Sequence record: NZ_CP123987.1
DNA from: a plasmid
Length of the DNA: 64,000 nt
Strand: one strand, 5' to 3'
Part shown: piece after piece, positions 1 to 11,780 of the stretch
How positions within the stretch are numbered: the first letter of the stretch is position 1
Layout of the letters: each line of letters begins with the position of its first letter
Program-made: the position numbers and the translations under genes
The notes under the pieces: model-generated
Database searches by the model: none
What the model saw: the letters and a program-made list of their open reading frames with translations, nothing else
What the model was told of the DNA's origin: nothing

Positions 1-130
1 TTAGTAATACTTTTGCCATTATTACTCAATGGTACTTTATAATTAATATTTAAGCCCTAGTAATTAGGCTTTTATATATCGCCAATATGTGATCGCTTAC
101 TAATAAAATAATAAGATGTTTTTGAAATGA

Positions 131-409
131 TTGGCTAGTCAAAACTTAAACATAAAAGTTAAGCTAGACTTTGACGAGTCGAACTTAAAGAGTTTAAACC
201 TAGGTACAGTAAGGGTAGAATCAGATGTAAATCACTTTAAGAGTAAGTTAAGGTCAGTTTTGAATAGTAATTTTAAGATTACTCCAAAGATAAACACAAA
301 AGGTATATCTAACCGACTAAGCAACATCAAGAATGATATGAGGGAATTTAGAAACGCTGCTCCTATCAAAATTAATTTTGAGTTAATAAAGATGTATTTA
401 GTGATATAG
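131..409 (+). CDS. hypothetical protein (92 aa); no recognisable motif
   Basis: ORF track only; AT-rich context with no clear RBS. Confidence 0.2.
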   Translation: MASQNLNIKVKLDFDESNLKSLNLGTVRVESDVNHFKSKLRSVLNSNFKITPKINTKGISNRLSNIKNDMREFRNAAPIKINFELIKMYLVI

Positions 410-1080
410 CTGTTGTATTAAGACAATTAGAGAAGATACATCGCGGTGAATTAAGATTATATTAGTATTGTATAGAGTGTTTTCAAGTACTACAATAATC
501 ATAGTAAGTTAGAAAGTACGAGTTTCTAACTCACTATGATTGGATACTAATGTTCATGCTTATCAACTAAGCGTTTTAAAGCTTTAACATTAGCAAAATA
601 TATCTTTCAACATCGGATACAATGCACTAACTAAAGTACAATAAAATGTAACCGTGTTGACGTCAACATTTTTCATAGAATACCACTATCTTGTTAAAAT
701 TGATTGTATAAATCTACTTAGTAAGAAGGTGGTATTTTTTGTATTCTTATATGTTTATTGCTACTTGGGGTACTTTATAGTTACCCCTTAACATTGGAAT
801 TATAACGAGGAAACTCAAGGGTTACCTTGTTCAATACGTCGCGATGACTATTATATAATTAACTAGAATGATGAGAGCTTACAGATGCTTTGTATTCAAA
901 GTACAAGCAGTCTTAACAAAAGTATACCTTTATTGTTAAAGAGTTTACACGTGATTATATTAAGTATGTGGTTATTGCTATAAACTTTGATATAATAACG
1001 TTTGTACGGTATAATAAAAACCAGAAACTTACGTGTGTTTCTACTAAATATATACAAAATCAAAAGGACGATATTATTAT

Positions 1081-1413
1081 ATGTTATACAATGAAAAATT
1101 GGTGCTTAACAATATTAGAAAACTAAGAAAAGAAAAGAAGTTAACACAAGATGAAGTATCTAAATTTTTAGGTATTGCTCGTGGGTCTTATGCAAAAACA
1201 GAAAACGGCATTAATAAAATAACCCTTGATATAGTTTTAAAATTAAGCAGATTGTACAATACAAGTATTGAGGGTTTATTATGTCTATCTAATGATAACA
1301 ATGAATTAGATACCGTATTAAAAGAAGGTGTTACATACAATGGCAAAACACTTTCAAGTACTGATATAATCGCGCTCAAAGCCTTTTTACAGGGTCTAAT
1401 AGCTAATAAGTAA
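1081..1413 (+). CDS. XRE-family HTH transcriptional regulator (110 aa)
   Basis: N-terminal helix-turn-helix pattern 'LTQDEVSKFLGIARGSYAKTENG' typical of HTH_3/XRE. Confidence 0.6.
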   Translation: MLYNEKLVLNNIRKLRKEKKLTQDEVSKFLGIARGSYAKTENGINKITLDIVLKLSRLYNTSIEGLLCLSNDNNELDTVLKEGVTYNGKTLSSTDIIALKAFLQGLIANK

Positions 1414-1730
1414 ATTATAAAATAGTGTAAGAGTAGCTAGACAATATCTCCAAAGCAAGTAGGGGACTTTATGTTATTTGTAATGCTGTTGCTTATCCTT
1501 ATAACATCGGCAATGATTTAAGGCGTTTATATTAACATATGTAATGGAATAACTACCGTAATTATAAATACGCTTGTTGTTAATTGTTAAAAGAACTATT
1601 AAGATGCTTGGAATTAATACTATTAAGTAAATAATTAGAATAATTTTGAAAATACTTACTATTCATGGTGCCGGAACTATACTAATTGTTGTATAATTTA
1701 GGTATGCGATGTTTGAAAGGGGTATAATTA

Positions 1731-2414
1731 ATGAACCAAGATGAATTAAAGCAATTAGTAGGTACAAAGGCAGTTGAATGGATTAAAGATGGCATGATTG
1801 TCGGTCTAGGAACAGGTTCAACTGTTAAATACATGGTTGATGCACTTGGAAAACGTGTAAACGAAGAAGGTCTAAACATTGTTGGTGTTACAACTTCTAT
1901 TAGAACAGCTGAACAAGCTAAGTCTTTGGGCATTGTTATCAAAGATATTGATGAAGTTGATCATATTGATTTAACAATCGATGGTGCTGACGAAATTTCT
2001 TCTGACTTCCAAGGAATTAAAGGTGGCGGTGCAGCTTTACTATATGAAAAGATTGTTGCAACTAAATCTAATAAGAATATGTGGATTGTCGATGAAAGTA
2101 AAATGGTCGATGATCTAGGACAATTCCCATTACCAGTTGAAGTTATCCCTTATGGTAGTGGTACTGTCTTTAAACGCTTTGAAGAAAAAGGATTAAATCC
2201 AGAATTTAGAAAAAATGAAGATGGCAGTTTACTTCATACAGACTCTGATAACTATATTATCGATCTTCACTTAGGTAAAATTGAAAATCCTAAAGAACTT
2301 GGAGATTACCTAATTAATCAAGTAGGAGTTGTCGAACACGGATTATTCTTAGACATCGTAAATACTGTTATTGTTGGGCGTCAAGATGGCCCTGAGGTTC
2401 TTGAAGCCAGATAA
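1731..2414 (+). CDS. rpiA: ribose-5-phosphate isomerase A
   Basis: 227 aa; 'GLGTGST', 'DGADE', '[13 protein letters not shown]' motifs of RpiA. Confidence 0.9.
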   Translation: MNQDELKQLVGTKAVEWIKDGMIVGLGTGSTVKYMVDALGKRVNEEGLNIVGVTTSIRTAEQAKSLGIVIKDIDEVDHIDLTIDGADEISSDFQGIKGGGAALLYEKIVATKSNKNMWIVDESKMVDDLGQFPLPVEVIPYGSGTVFKRFEEKGLNPEFRKNEDGSLLHTDSDNYIIDLHLGKIENPKELGDYLINQVGVVEHGLFLDIVNTVIVGRQDGPEVLEAR

Positions 2415-2430
2415 TTCGAGGTGAATTTAT

Positions 2431-3078
2431 ATGAAAATAGCTCCTTCTATTCTTAGCGCTGATATGTTAAATCTAGGTGCTGATGTACAAAAGGTAGAAG
2501 ATGCCGGTGCTGAATATCTCCATATTGATATTATGGACGGAAATTTTGTTCCCAATCTGTCTTTTGGTGCTAATGTAGTTAAAGCATTAAGACCACAAAG
2601 TAAAATGGTGTTTGACGTTCATTTGATGGTGAATAACCCTGAAAATTGGGTAGAAGACTTCATAAAAGCTGGTGCAGACATTGTAGGTGTTCATTATGAA
2701 GCTACACCACACATTCATCGTGCATTAGATTTAATCAAGAAAAACAATGCTAAGGCTGAAGTAGTAATTAATCCAGGAACACCAGTTAGTGCAATTGAAA
2801 GTGTTCTATCAATTGTTGATCAAGTACTTGTTATGACAGTTGATCCTGGATTTGGTGGACAAAAATTCATACCAGAAACATTAGAAAAGATTCGCCAACT
2901 ACATCAAATAAAAGAAGAAAGAAATCTTAACTTTGATATAGAAGTTGATGGTGGAATTAACGAAGAAACCGTTAAGTTATGTCGAGAAGCTGGCGCAACA
3001 GTTGCGGTTGCCGGATCATACGTTTTTAATTCTGGTAATGAAACTCATGCTGAAAGAATAAATAAATTACGTAATTAA
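2431..3078 (+). CDS. rpe: ribulose-phosphate 3-epimerase
   Basis: 215 aa; 'MKIAPSILSAD...HIDIMDGNFVPNLSFG' and 'VMTVDPGFGGQKFI' typical of Rpe; 17 nt downstream of rpiA. Confidence 0.9.
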   Translation: MKIAPSILSADMLNLGADVQKVEDAGAEYLHIDIMDGNFVPNLSFGANVVKALRPQSKMVFDVHLMVNNPENWVEDFIKAGADIVGVHYEATPHIHRALDLIKKNNAKAEVVINPGTPVSAIESVLSIVDQVLVMTVDPGFGGQKFIPETLEKIRQLHQIKEERNLNFDIEVDGGINEETVKLCREAGATVAVAGSYVFNSGNETHAERINKLRN

Positions 3079-3096
3079 TATATAGAAGATACTACT

Positions 3097-3672
3097 GTGA
3101 TTAGTGGTATCTTCTATTTTTATATATTGATGAAAGCGTGGGGAAAAATGACTATACATGATTCGAATGTTCGGGAAAAATTACTTCAATTAGGAAGTCA
3201 AAAACGGTACAATTTTACAGCTGAATATGCAAGGTGTGGTTACAAAGTTACATATAGGCGTGGATTAGATAGAGATAAATTAGCTCCAACAATTATGTTC
3301 AAAAATGTTAAGATAAATAACAATCTAGTTACAGACCATCTGTGGTTCAACTACACAAAAGGCTTTGCTGAGTTGGGAAAACTAATTGTTGGGGATGTTA
3401 TTAGTTTTAATGCAAGAGTTGCTAGCTATGAGAAATTAGGACATAAAATAGATTATAAATTAGAACGTCCAACAAAAGTTAAATTAGTTCCCCATAAAAA
3501 TGGTAAAGATGCTTTGCCTATACCTAACACTACAAAAGGTAAAAATGAGTTGTTGGGATACATTATGCTAGAGAATAAAAAATTTTATCAAGAAAATAAT
3601 CGTCCATATTACCCATGGTATGTTGAAAAGTATAAAAAATTCTTAGATCAAAGATCTTCTAACACTGTTTAA
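3097..3672 (+). CDS. hypothetical protein (true start probably internal, near 3148)
   Basis: ORF track; protein-like composition with no family recognised. Confidence 0.35.
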   Translation: MISGIFYFYILMKAWGKMTIHDSNVREKLLQLGSQKRYNFTAEYARCGYKVTYRRGLDRDKLAPTIMFKNVKINNNLVTDHLWFNYTKGFAELGKLIVGDVISFNARVASYEKLGHKIDYKLERPTKVKLVPHKNGKDALPIPNTTKGKNELLGYIMLENKKFYQENNRPYYPWYVEKYKKFLDQRSSNTV

Positions 3673-4197
3673 CAATAGATACACTTTAAAGTCTCCAATT
3701 TACTATAAAGATTAGGGGGCTTTTTTGTCATGATTAATTCTTAATTCATCTTTCTAAAAAATGTACGTTTTTCATAAAGATGGATAGAGAGAAATCCAAA
3801 CAGTGTAATATAATCTCATTATAGCTTTATTGATTAATTTTGATGTTTATCAAAAATCATATTTTTTCAGAAAGTTAAAATAACTTTTTATTTTATCAAA
3901 AATTGATTTCCTAAGTTTGACTTTAATAATCTATCTACAATCTGCTATTTATAAAAAAACAAATTTGCATACTTTTAATTTGGCTATAACAACTGATTCC
4001 ATTCAATAATTCTTCATCAAAACAATTATATTAACATACCAATCCTTATATTATATTGATATTCAACTTTTTAAATAAGCAAAAACAATTATTTACTTAT
4101 ATTTTTAATTTTACCCTTGCTTTTATTCGTAAATGAGAGTAGAGTTATACTTGTAAGTTAAGGAAAGCATTTACATTTATTAAGGTGGTAATTATAT

Positions 4198-4500
4198 ATG
4201 AATAAAATTATTATTAGCAAGTTAAACAATGACGAAAATAAGATTGAATGGCGTATTTCTAACAGTGAAACTGGACATTACTTAAATATTTCAATTTCCC
4301 GTGCATTAGAAGATGCTATGAAGAAAAAGCGTAATTTATCCTTTAACCGCTTTGAATCTGAACAAATTAACAATTTGTCTCACTTAGTTACAAACATTCA
4401 AGAAGACTACGTTCTTAATATTGATGAATCAAATATTAGTTCTAGTTATTTACCATTAAAGGGTATCGACGCATTATCATATATGAAAACCGTCGAATAA
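4198..4500 (+). CDS. hypothetical protein (100 aa)
   Basis: ORF preceded by a GGTGG RBS at about 4184-4190. Confidence 0.35.
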   Translation: MNKIIISKLNNDENKIEWRISNSETGHYLNISISRALEDAMKKKRNLSFNRFESEQINNLSHLVTNIQEDYVLNIDESNISSSYLPLKGIDALSYMKTVE

Positions 4501-4587
4501 GTGATTATAAGCATTAAATTAAGTTGTTATTTTAATACTTATCTTGGATATACTTAAGTATTCTTAATTGATTAAAGATTTATCTGT

Positions 4588-4626
4588 CAACAGCCTCTAT
4601 TTTAATGATAGAGGTTGTTTTTTTGT
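4588..4626 (+). terminator. rho-independent terminator
   Basis: stem 'caacagcctctat / atagaggttgtt' followed by T7. Confidence 0.5.
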
Positions 4627-4757
4627 TAAATATTTTACAGTTGCATTGTTTTTGACTAATTAAATATTTAAATTCTCTTATTATTCCTTTGTATTCTTGC
4701 TATCTCTACTTTTTAGGTTTATATTAATTCTAGTTATTTTTCGAAAGGAATGGTTAC

Positions 4758-5636
4758 ATGTATTACAATGCAGCTCTAGTTTTAGAAGGTGGTGCAATGC
4801 GTGGCCTCTATACTTCTGGCGTTCTAGATACATTTTTGGAACATGATATTCAATTTGATTGTGTTATTGGAGTTTCTGCAGGGTCTCTAAATGGCGCTAA
4901 TTTCGTTTCAAAACAATATCAAAGAACTTATAATGTAAATGTTAAATACCGTAAAGATCATGACTATATCTCCTTAGCACGCCCTTTTAAGCATGAAAGT
5001 ATTATTAACTTAGATTTCTTATTTGATGATCATGGATTAGATTGGCATAATTTCGATAATAAAGCCTATTTAAAGTCTGAAACTGATTTTATTGTTGTAG
5101 CTACTTCTCTAGAAAGCGGAAAAGCTGTAACGCTACGTAATCCCCAACCTGGTCAAGATTTAATTGATGCCTTAGAAGCTTCTTCATCTATGCCTTTCAT
5201 CTCAAAGCCACATAATACTTCTAAAGGACTTTGTCTAGATGGTGGTATTGCTAACTCTATCCCTTTTGATATCGCTCAAAAAATGGGTTTTCAAAAAATT
5301 ATAGTTGTTCGTACTCGCCCACGTGATTATCGCAAAAAGCCTACTAGTTTTGCTTTAAAACGCCTCTACAGTAATAGCTTCAAGGAATACCCAGAATTCG
5401 TTAAAACGGCTATCAGACGTCCTGAAATGTATAACCATTCTGTTGAAGTTTTAAATAAACTTGAACACAACGACAAAATTTTTTGTTTAGCACCCAATGA
5501 TCCAGTTAAAGTTGGTAGGCTTGAACACAATACTAAAAAGATGACTGAACTCTATAATATAGGTAGAAATGATGCTGAAAGTAATCTTGAAGCAATGCTT
5601 AACTATCTTCAAAAAAGTGAACCCCTATATGACTAA
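4758..5636 (+). CDS. patatin-like phospholipase family protein
   Basis: 'GGAMRGLYTSGVLD' Gly-rich loop and 'GVSAGS' (GxSxG) nucleophile elbow. Confidence 0.75.
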   Translation: MYYNAALVLEGGAMRGLYTSGVLDTFLEHDIQFDCVIGVSAGSLNGANFVSKQYQRTYNVNVKYRKDHDYISLARPFKHESIINLDFLFDDHGLDWHNFDNKAYLKSETDFIVVATSLESGKAVTLRNPQPGQDLIDALEASSSMPFISKPHNTSKGLCLDGGIANSIPFDIAQKMGFQKIIVVRTRPRDYRKKPTSFALKRLYSNSFKEYPEFVKTAIRRPEMYNHSVEVLNKLEHNDKIFCLAPNDPVKVGRLEHNTKKMTELYNIGRNDAESNLEAMLNYLQKSEPLYD

Positions 5637-5654
5637 AAATACATTTTAAAACCA

Positions 5655-5705
5655 AAAAACATGGTATCTACTTAGCAAAACTAAGCGATACCATGTTTTT
5701 ATTTT
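5655..5705. terminator. bidirectional hairpin terminator between patatin (+) and pflA (-)
   Basis: 'catggtatc...gataccatg' stem flanked by an A-run and a T-run. Confidence 0.55.
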
Positions 5706-5721
5706 ATATTTGCCAATTTAG

Positions 5722-6567
5722 CTAGCTTGGTTGTTGATCCAAAGTATTAATGCCTGGATACCAATCTTTATATCCTTGATATCTATCTACTTCTAGCAGT
5801 TTTTCAGCATTTTTTACTCTTTCTGGCGTAGGAGGCTCAACACCTTCAAGACGATATCTGATACCCATTTCCTGATACTTATGAACGCCCATTGTATGAT
5901 AAGGTAATACTTCAAATTTTTCGACATTATGAAGATTTTCCTTAACATACTCGCCCAATTGTTTCAAGTATTCATCATTATCCGTGATGCCTGGGATAAG
6001 GACATGACGAATCCAAACAGGTTTCCCTATACTAGAAAGATATTCGCACATATCCAAAATATTATCATTTGGGAATCCGGTTAATCTCTTATGTTCGTCC
6101 GAATTAATATGCTTGATATCAACTAATAAAATGTCGGTATAGTCCATTAACTCATTGAACTTACTAAACCAAGGTTCTCTTCTTGTAAATGGCTGTCCAC
6201 AAGTGTCCAAACAAGTGCTAATACCTTCTTCCTTGCACATCTTGAATAACTCTAGTGCAAAATCTATTTGCAATAGAATTTCACCACCTGATAAAGTTAT
6301 TCCACCTTTGTCGCCCCAAAAGCTGCGATAAGGAAGTGCCTTGTTTAGAACTTCTTCAGTCGTCATTTGTGAACCTACCCTTGTTTTCCAAGTGTCCGGA
6401 TTGTGACAGAACTTACACCTCATATGGCAACCTTGCATAAAAGCGACAAAACGTATACCTGGTCCATCAACAGCTCCAAAAGTTTCCAAAGAGTGTACAT
6501 ATCCTACGACATGACCGTCTTTAGTTGGAACTGGATTCAATAAAGGATTAGCACTCATTCTCTCCAC
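5722..6567 (-). CDS. pflA: pyruvate formate-lyase activating enzyme (radical SAM)
   Basis: 'CHMRCKFCHN' CxxxCxxC radical-SAM motif; immediately downstream of pflB. Confidence 0.9.
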   Translation of the reverse strand: MERMSANPLLNPVPTKDGHVVGYVHSLETFGAVDGPGIRFVAFMQGCHMRCKFCHNPDTWKTRVGSQMTTEEVLNKALPYRSFWGDKGGITLSGGEILLQIDFALELFKMCKEEGISTCLDTCGQPFTRREPWFSKFNELMDYTDILLVDIKHINSDEHKRLTGFPNDNILDMCEYLSSIGKPVWIRHVLIPGITDNDEYLKQLGEYVKENLHNVEKFEVLPYHTMGVHKYQEMGIRYRLEGVEPPTPERVKNAEKLLEVDRYQGYKDWYPGINTLDQQPS

Positions 6568-6584
6568 CTACTCTCTTCTAATTA

Positions 6585-8858
6585 TTACATTGAAGCATGG
6601 AAGGTTCTTGCAATAACGTCATCTTGTTGTTCTTTAGTTAAATCAGCAAAGTATACACAGTAACCTGAAACACGAATTGTTAATGTTGGATACTTCTCTG
6701 GATGTGCTTGAGCATCTAATAAAGTATCTCTGTTGAATACATTAATATTCAAATGATGACCATCTTTTCTCATATAGCCTCCGATCATGTTTACCAATGT
6801 ATCTTCTTGCATCTTTTCATCATGACCCAATGTTGTTGGTGTTACAGCAAATGTATTAGAAATACCATCTGTAGCATACTTGTATGGTAATTTAGCAACG
6901 GATAATAGTGATGCTAAAGCACCTGTTGTATCTGCTCCGTATGCTGGGTTAGCACCTGGTGCAAATGGTTCACCCTTTTGACGACCATTTGGAGTAGTAC
7001 CTGTGTTCTTACCATAAACAACATTTGAAGTAATTGTAAGAACGGATGTTGTTAACTTAGCTCCACGATATAGATGATGCTTGCTCATCTTAGTAAATAG
7101 TTCCTTAACAAGCCATGCAGCAATATCGTCAACACGATCATCATCGTTACCATAACGAGGGAAGTCATGATCTGCCTTGAAGTCAACAGCAATACCATCT
7201 TCGTCACGAATTACTTTAACATGTCCGTACTTGATAGCTGAAATTGAGTCAGCAGCAACAGACAATCCAGAGATACCTGTAGCAAAGCTACGATCTACCA
7301 ATGTATCTTTCAATGCCATTTGTGCTGATTCATAGTAATACTTGTCATGCATGTAATGAATTGTGTTCAAAGCATTTACGTAAATATCAGCAATCCATTC
7401 CATCATGTCATCGAATTTCTTCATGAATTCATCGTAGTCAATGTATTCTGAGCTAATTGGTTCGTATGCAGGACCTACTTGTTGTTTTGTAAGTTCATCC
7501 TTACCACCATTGATAGCATACAATACAGCCTTAGCTAGATTTGCACGAGCTCCGAAGAATTGCATACCATTTGCAATTGGTTGTGCAGATACACAGCAAG
7601 CAATGCCATAGTAGTCTGTTCCCCATGTCTTCATCATTAAGTCATCGTTTTCGTATTGAATTGTAGAACTTGCAATAGATACACTTGCAGCATAGTGCTT
7701 AAATGATTCAGGCAAACGATCAGACCAAAGTAATGTAATATTTGGTTCTGGTGCGGCACCCATATTATGCAATGTATTTAAGAAACGATATGATGTCTTA
7801 GTTACATGGTGACGTCCATCTAAGCCCATACCAGCAATTGATAATGTTGCCCAGATAGGGTTACCTGAGAATAGTGAGTTGTAAGCTGGTGTACGAATGA
7901 AGCATACCATTCTCAATTTCATTGTGAATTGGTCAATTAATTCTTGTGCTTCTTTTTCAGTTAAAATACCACGCTTCATATCACGTTCAATGTAAATATC
8001 GATGAATGAATCGATACGACCAATAGACATAGCAGCACCATTTTGTTGCTTGATAGATGCTAAGTAACCAAAGTATAGCCATTGAATTGCTTCTTTAGCT
8101 GTTGTAGCTGGTTTAGAAATGTCATAGCCATAGGATTCAGCCATAATCTTCATATCGTTTAAGGCTTTGATTTGGTCAGAAATTTCTTCACGCATTTGGA
8201 TTACGTCGTTAGTCATTTCACCATCGCCGCAATTTTCCAAATCCTTCTTCTTTCCTTCGATCAAACGATCAATACCGTATAATGCAATACGTGGGAAGTC
8301 TCCAATCAAACGGCCACGACCATATGCATCTGGTAGTCCAGTGATAATCTTGTTGTGGCGAGCTTTCATGATTTCGCTTGTGTATGCATCAAATACACCT
8401 TGGTTATGCGTCTTAGATAGATTTTCAAATACGAAGTCTGTTTCTGGATCAATCTTGAATCCATAAGCTTCCAAAGCACCTTTAGCCATTCTGATACCAC
8501 CATATGGCATAAGTGCACGTTTCATAGGTTTATCTGTTTGTAAACCAACAATCTTTTCTAATGACTTGTCTAAATAACCTGGTTTATGAGATGTAATTGT
8601 TGATACTACTTTTGTATCAGCTTCAAGAGGTCCACCATGTGCACGTTCTTTTAATTTTAAGTCGATTAATTTATCGTTTAACTTCGTTGTAGCTTCGGTT
8701 GGTCCTTCAAGGAAAGATTGATCTCCATCATATGGAGTGAAGTTATCTTGAATAAATTCACGAATATCAATTTCTTCTTTCCATTCTTTTCCTCTAAATC
8801 CTTCCCAAGCATCTTTTACATCAACGTTTTGCATTTGAGTCTTTTCAACCATACTCAA
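6585..8858 (-). CDS. pflB: formate C-acetyltransferase (pyruvate formate-lyase)
   Basis: 757 aa; C-terminal glycyl-radical motif 'RVSGY'; catalytic 'CCVS'. Confidence 0.95.
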   Translation of the reverse strand: MSMVEKTQMQNVDVKDAWEGFRGKEWKEEIDIREFIQDNFTPYDGDQSFLEGPTEATTKLNDKLIDLKLKERAHGGPLEADTKVVSTITSHKPGYLDKSLEKIVGLQTDKPMKRALMPYGGIRMAKGALEAYGFKIDPETDFVFENLSKTHNQGVFDAYTSEIMKARHNKIITGLPDAYGRGRLIGDFPRIALYGIDRLIEGKKKDLENCGDGEMTNDVIQMREEISDQIKALNDMKIMAESYGYDISKPATTAKEAIQWLYFGYLASIKQQNGAAMSIGRIDSFIDIYIERDMKRGILTEKEAQELIDQFTMKLRMVCFIRTPAYNSLFSGNPIWATLSIAGMGLDGRHHVTKTSYRFLNTLHNMGAAPEPNITLLWSDRLPESFKHYAASVSIASSTIQYENDDLMMKTWGTDYYGIACCVSAQPIANGMQFFGARANLAKAVLYAINGGKDELTKQQVGPAYEPISSEYIDYDEFMKKFDDMMEWIADIYVNALNTIHYMHDKYYYESAQMALKDTLVDRSFATGISGLSVAADSISAIKYGHVKVIRDEDGIAVDFKADHDFPRYGNDDDRVDDIAAWLVKELFTKMSKHHLYRGAKLTTSVLTITSNVVYGKNTGTTPNGRQKGEPFAPGANPAYGADTTGALASLLSVAKLPYKYATDGISNTFAVTPTTLGHDEKMQEDTLVNMIGGYMRKDGHHLNINVFNRDTLLDAQAHPEKYPTLTIRVSGYCVYFADLTKEQQDDVIARTFHASM

Positions 8859-9111
8859 AGCCTCCTTTGTGATTTTTAAGAAAACGCTTTCTACACTGTT
8901 AATACTACACCTTAGTTAAATTAAATTCAATGAAAAATCGTTCACAATGTTTTTTATTTTCAAAAAATCTTATAAACGCTATCATTTATTTTAATCATTA
9001 TAAATGTTAATATGACAATATTTTTGACAACAGTTTATAAACTTTAAAAATGTGATTTATGTATCAAAATATAAATTTCATTAATTTTATTTTAGAATTT
9101 CTTAAAATTAC

Positions 9112-9152
9112 AAAAAAAGACCCTATATCCAAAAAAATTTAGATATAGAGTC
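9112..9152 (-). terminator. hairpin plus T-run terminator after the VIT-family gene
   Basis: 'ctatatc...gatatag' stem; T7 on the minus strand. Confidence 0.4.
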
Positions 9153-9163
9153 TTTAAAAGTAT

Positions 9164-9751
9164 TTATACTGATGCCCCTAAAATAAAGGTAACTAACGTC
9201 GTTAACAATCCAGTTATAACATTTCGTAAAATTGTTTTGCTAGTTGAAACTTCGGAGTTGTGTGTACAAACTATCGCATTAATTGATAATGAGGCAATCA
9301 TCGCAATTAATGTAAATACCACGCGATGTTCTGGCCTTGCTAGGATCATCGTCAATAATGGAATCATTGCCCCAATTATAAATGAACAGAAAGAACTGGC
9401 TGCAGCATGAAATGGCATTAAGATATCGTTCTTTTGCAATTTTATCGGACAATTTTCACAGTCTTCATTTTCCAACTGTCTTTCCATTGTTTTTTCTTGA
9501 ATATCTCTTTGAGTACTTACAGATATCCATTCTCCACCAGCCATTGAACAAGCTCCAGCTAGCATGCCAGACAAACCACTGATTAAAAGGGTCTTACTAT
9601 CAAGATTAGCCCCTGCAGCACCTAACACGATTCCAGATACTGAAATAATCCCATCATTGGCCCCTAAAATACTAGCCCTTATAACATTTAAACTATCCCA
9701 AAAAAAATTAGTCTTAACTTTCAATACATGCGTAACTTTCAATTTGTACAC
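9164..9751 (-). CDS. VIT1/CCC1-family membrane protein (iron/manganese transporter-like)
   Basis: 'ANDGIISVSGIVLGAAGA' motif and hydrophobic C-terminus. Confidence 0.55.
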   Translation of the reverse strand: MYKLKVTHVLKVKTNFFWDSLNVIRASILGANDGIISVSGIVLGAAGANLDSKTLLISGLSGMLAGACSMAGGEWISVSTQRDIQEKTMERQLENEDCENCPIKLQKNDILMPFHAAASSFCSFIIGAMIPLLTMILARPEHRVVFTLIAMIASLSINAIVCTHNSEVSTSKTILRNVITGLLTTLVTFILGASV

Positions 9752-9896
9752 TTCCTCACGAAATATAAAAATAATACCGTTTTTATATATATATTTAAAT
9801 TATATAAATCGCTTTTATCACGATTAAATTATACATCATATGAGTAATTAGTACTAATTTAGCAAAATTTATAATTATATACACGTTTCACAATAA

Positions 9897-9931
9897 TATA
9901 AAAAAGCATACTTAAAAAGTATGCTTTTTTA
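9897..9931. terminator. bidirectional terminator downstream of sufB
   Basis: 'aagcatactt aaaa agtatgctt' stem with an A-run and a T-run. Confidence 0.55.
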
Positions 9932-9934
9932 TAA

Positions 9935-11368
9935 TTAACCTACACTACCATCCATTTGATACTCAATCAATCTATTCAATTCGACTGCATATTCCATTGG
10001 TAGTTCTTTAGTAAATGGTTCAACAAATCCCATAATAATCATTTCAGTAGCCTTTTCTTCAGAAATACCTCTACTCATCAAATAGTAAAGCTGATCTTCT
10101 GAAATTTTCGAAACTTTAGCTTCATGTTCCATTGATACATTACTATTTAATACTTCATTAAATGGAATTGTATCACTTGAAGACTCATCATCCATAATGA
10201 TAGTGTCACATTCAACGTGCGCAAACGAACCATCACTATCTCTATTAAACCTTACATACCCACGATAGTCAGCAATTCCTCCATCTTTACAGAGAGATTT
10301 TGATACAGTTGACGAATATGTATTCTTAGCATTATGAATCATTCTTGCACCAGTATCAGAGTCAATACCTTTGCCCGCAAATGCAATAGATAACATATTT
10401 CCATGTGCCCCTTCGCCATCTAAATAGATACTTGGATATTTCATAGTTACCTTGGAACCAAGATTCCCATCTACCCATTCCATAGTAGCATTTTCCAAAG
10501 CTCTGGCACGTTTTGTTTCCAAACTATATACGTTGTTGGACCAGTTTTGGATTGTTGTATAACGGCAATAAGCATCCCTCAAAACATTTACTTCAACAAC
10601 TGCCGCATGTAAGGAATCTTGTGAATAATTAGGAGCTGTACAACCTTCTACATAGTTAACACTAGCACCTTCATCGACAATGATTAGTGTTCTTTCAAAT
10701 TGTCCTGAATTTCCGGCATTAATTCGGAAGTAACTTTGAATAGGTGTTTCAACCTTTACTCCCTTAGGTACATAAATAAATGTTCCCCCAGACCAAACAG
10801 CTGTATTAAGAGCTGCCATTTTATTATCATCTGCTGGGATTAACTTTCCAAAATATTTCTTTACTAATTCTGGATATTCTTGAACTGCAGAATCTGTATC
10901 CATAAATATGATACCTTTTTTGGCAAAGTCTTCTTTCATATTATGGTAAACAACTTCTGATTCATATTGAGCAGAAGAACCAGCTAAATATTTACGTTCA
11001 GCTTCTGGTACACCCAAACGATCAAATGTATCTTTAATTTCTTGTGGTACATCTTCCCACTTTCTAGCTACCGTATCAGTATCACGTCTAAAATAATTAA
11101 TATGATCTAAGTCCAACTCTGACAAATCTGGTCCAAAATTAGCCATCTTCAAAGTCTTGTACTTTTCATAAGCAGCCAATCTAATATCTAGCATCCATTC
11201 AGGTTCATTTTTAGCTTTAGAAATATTTCTTACAACTTCTTCACTAAGACCTTCACCAGTTGTATAAATTGGTTCAATGTCATCTTTAAAGCCATATTTA
11301 TATTGGCCACCAATGTCTTTTATATCTTCACTAATCATTCTTTTCACCCTTTCCTTCATACTTCTCAA
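9935..11368 (-). CDS. sufB: Fe-S cluster assembly protein SufB
   Basis: 477 aa; last gene of the Firmicute sufCDSUB arrangement. Confidence 0.9.
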   Translation of the reverse strand: MRSMKERVKRMISEDIKDIGGQYKYGFKDDIEPIYTTGEGLSEEVVRNISKAKNEPEWMLDIRLAAYEKYKTLKMANFGPDLSELDLDHINYFRRDTDTVARKWEDVPQEIKDTFDRLGVPEAERKYLAGSSAQYESEVVYHNMKEDFAKKGIIFMDTDSAVQEYPELVKKYFGKLIPADDNKMAALNTAVWSGGTFIYVPKGVKVETPIQSYFRINAGNSGQFERTLIIVDEGASVNYVEGCTAPNYSQDSLHAAVVEVNVLRDAYCRYTTIQNWSNNVYSLETKRARALENATMEWVDGNLGSKVTMKYPSIYLDGEGAHGNMLSIAFAGKGIDSDTGARMIHNAKNTYSSTVSKSLCKDGGIADYRGYVRFNRDSDGSFAHVECDTIIMDDESSSDTIPFNEVLNSNVSMEHEAKVSKISEDQLYYLMSRGISEEKATEMIIMGFVEPFTKELPMEYAVELNRLIEYQMDGSVG

Positions 11369-11780
11369 TAAGTTGATAAATTGCCTTCCATGATAACATT
11401 GCGCATTTAATTCGAGCTGGGAATTGTTTAACCCCTTCTAAAATTATTGCCTCACCTAAAACTTTTCTATCAGGTTTTACTTCTTTTGTAATCATATCGG
11501 AAAATGACAATACCATGTTTTTTATTGTATCGAAGTCTTTATTTAATACTTCATTTGTCATAATACTTGCGGATGATTGAGAAATTGTGCAACCATAGCC
11601 ATCAAAAGCAATATCTTTTATCTTATTATCCTCAATTAATGCAGTTAAGGTAATAACATCCCCACAAGTCGGATTTCTCAATTCAACTTCAACACTTTTA
11701 TTTTCCAACTTACCTTTATGTCGTGGATGGTTAGCTTCTTCTAAAATTGCTTGTCGATATAAATTATTTAAATTACTCAT
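11331..11780 (-). CDS. sufU: Fe-S cluster scaffold SufU (NifU-like)
   Basis: 149 aa; conserved Cys (CGD, GCT, C near C-terminus); between sufS and sufB. Confidence 0.85.
   Translation of the reverse strand: MSNLNNLYRQAILEEANHPRHKGKLENKSVEVELRNPTCGDVITLTALIEDNKIKDIAFDGYGCTISQSSASIMTNEVLNKDFDTIKNMVLSFSDMITKEVKPDRKVLGEAIILEGVKQFPARIKCAMLSWKAIYQLIEKYEGKGEKND

Noticed and set aside
8167-8466. Antisense or embedded ORFs (8167..8466, 12602..12826, 14431..14871, 29720..29968, 33168..33401, 37281..37484, 39417..39713, 58949..59161 and similar)
   Set aside because: They are fully embedded in strongly supported genes on the opposite strand or in another frame, have low-complexity composition and lack an RBS.
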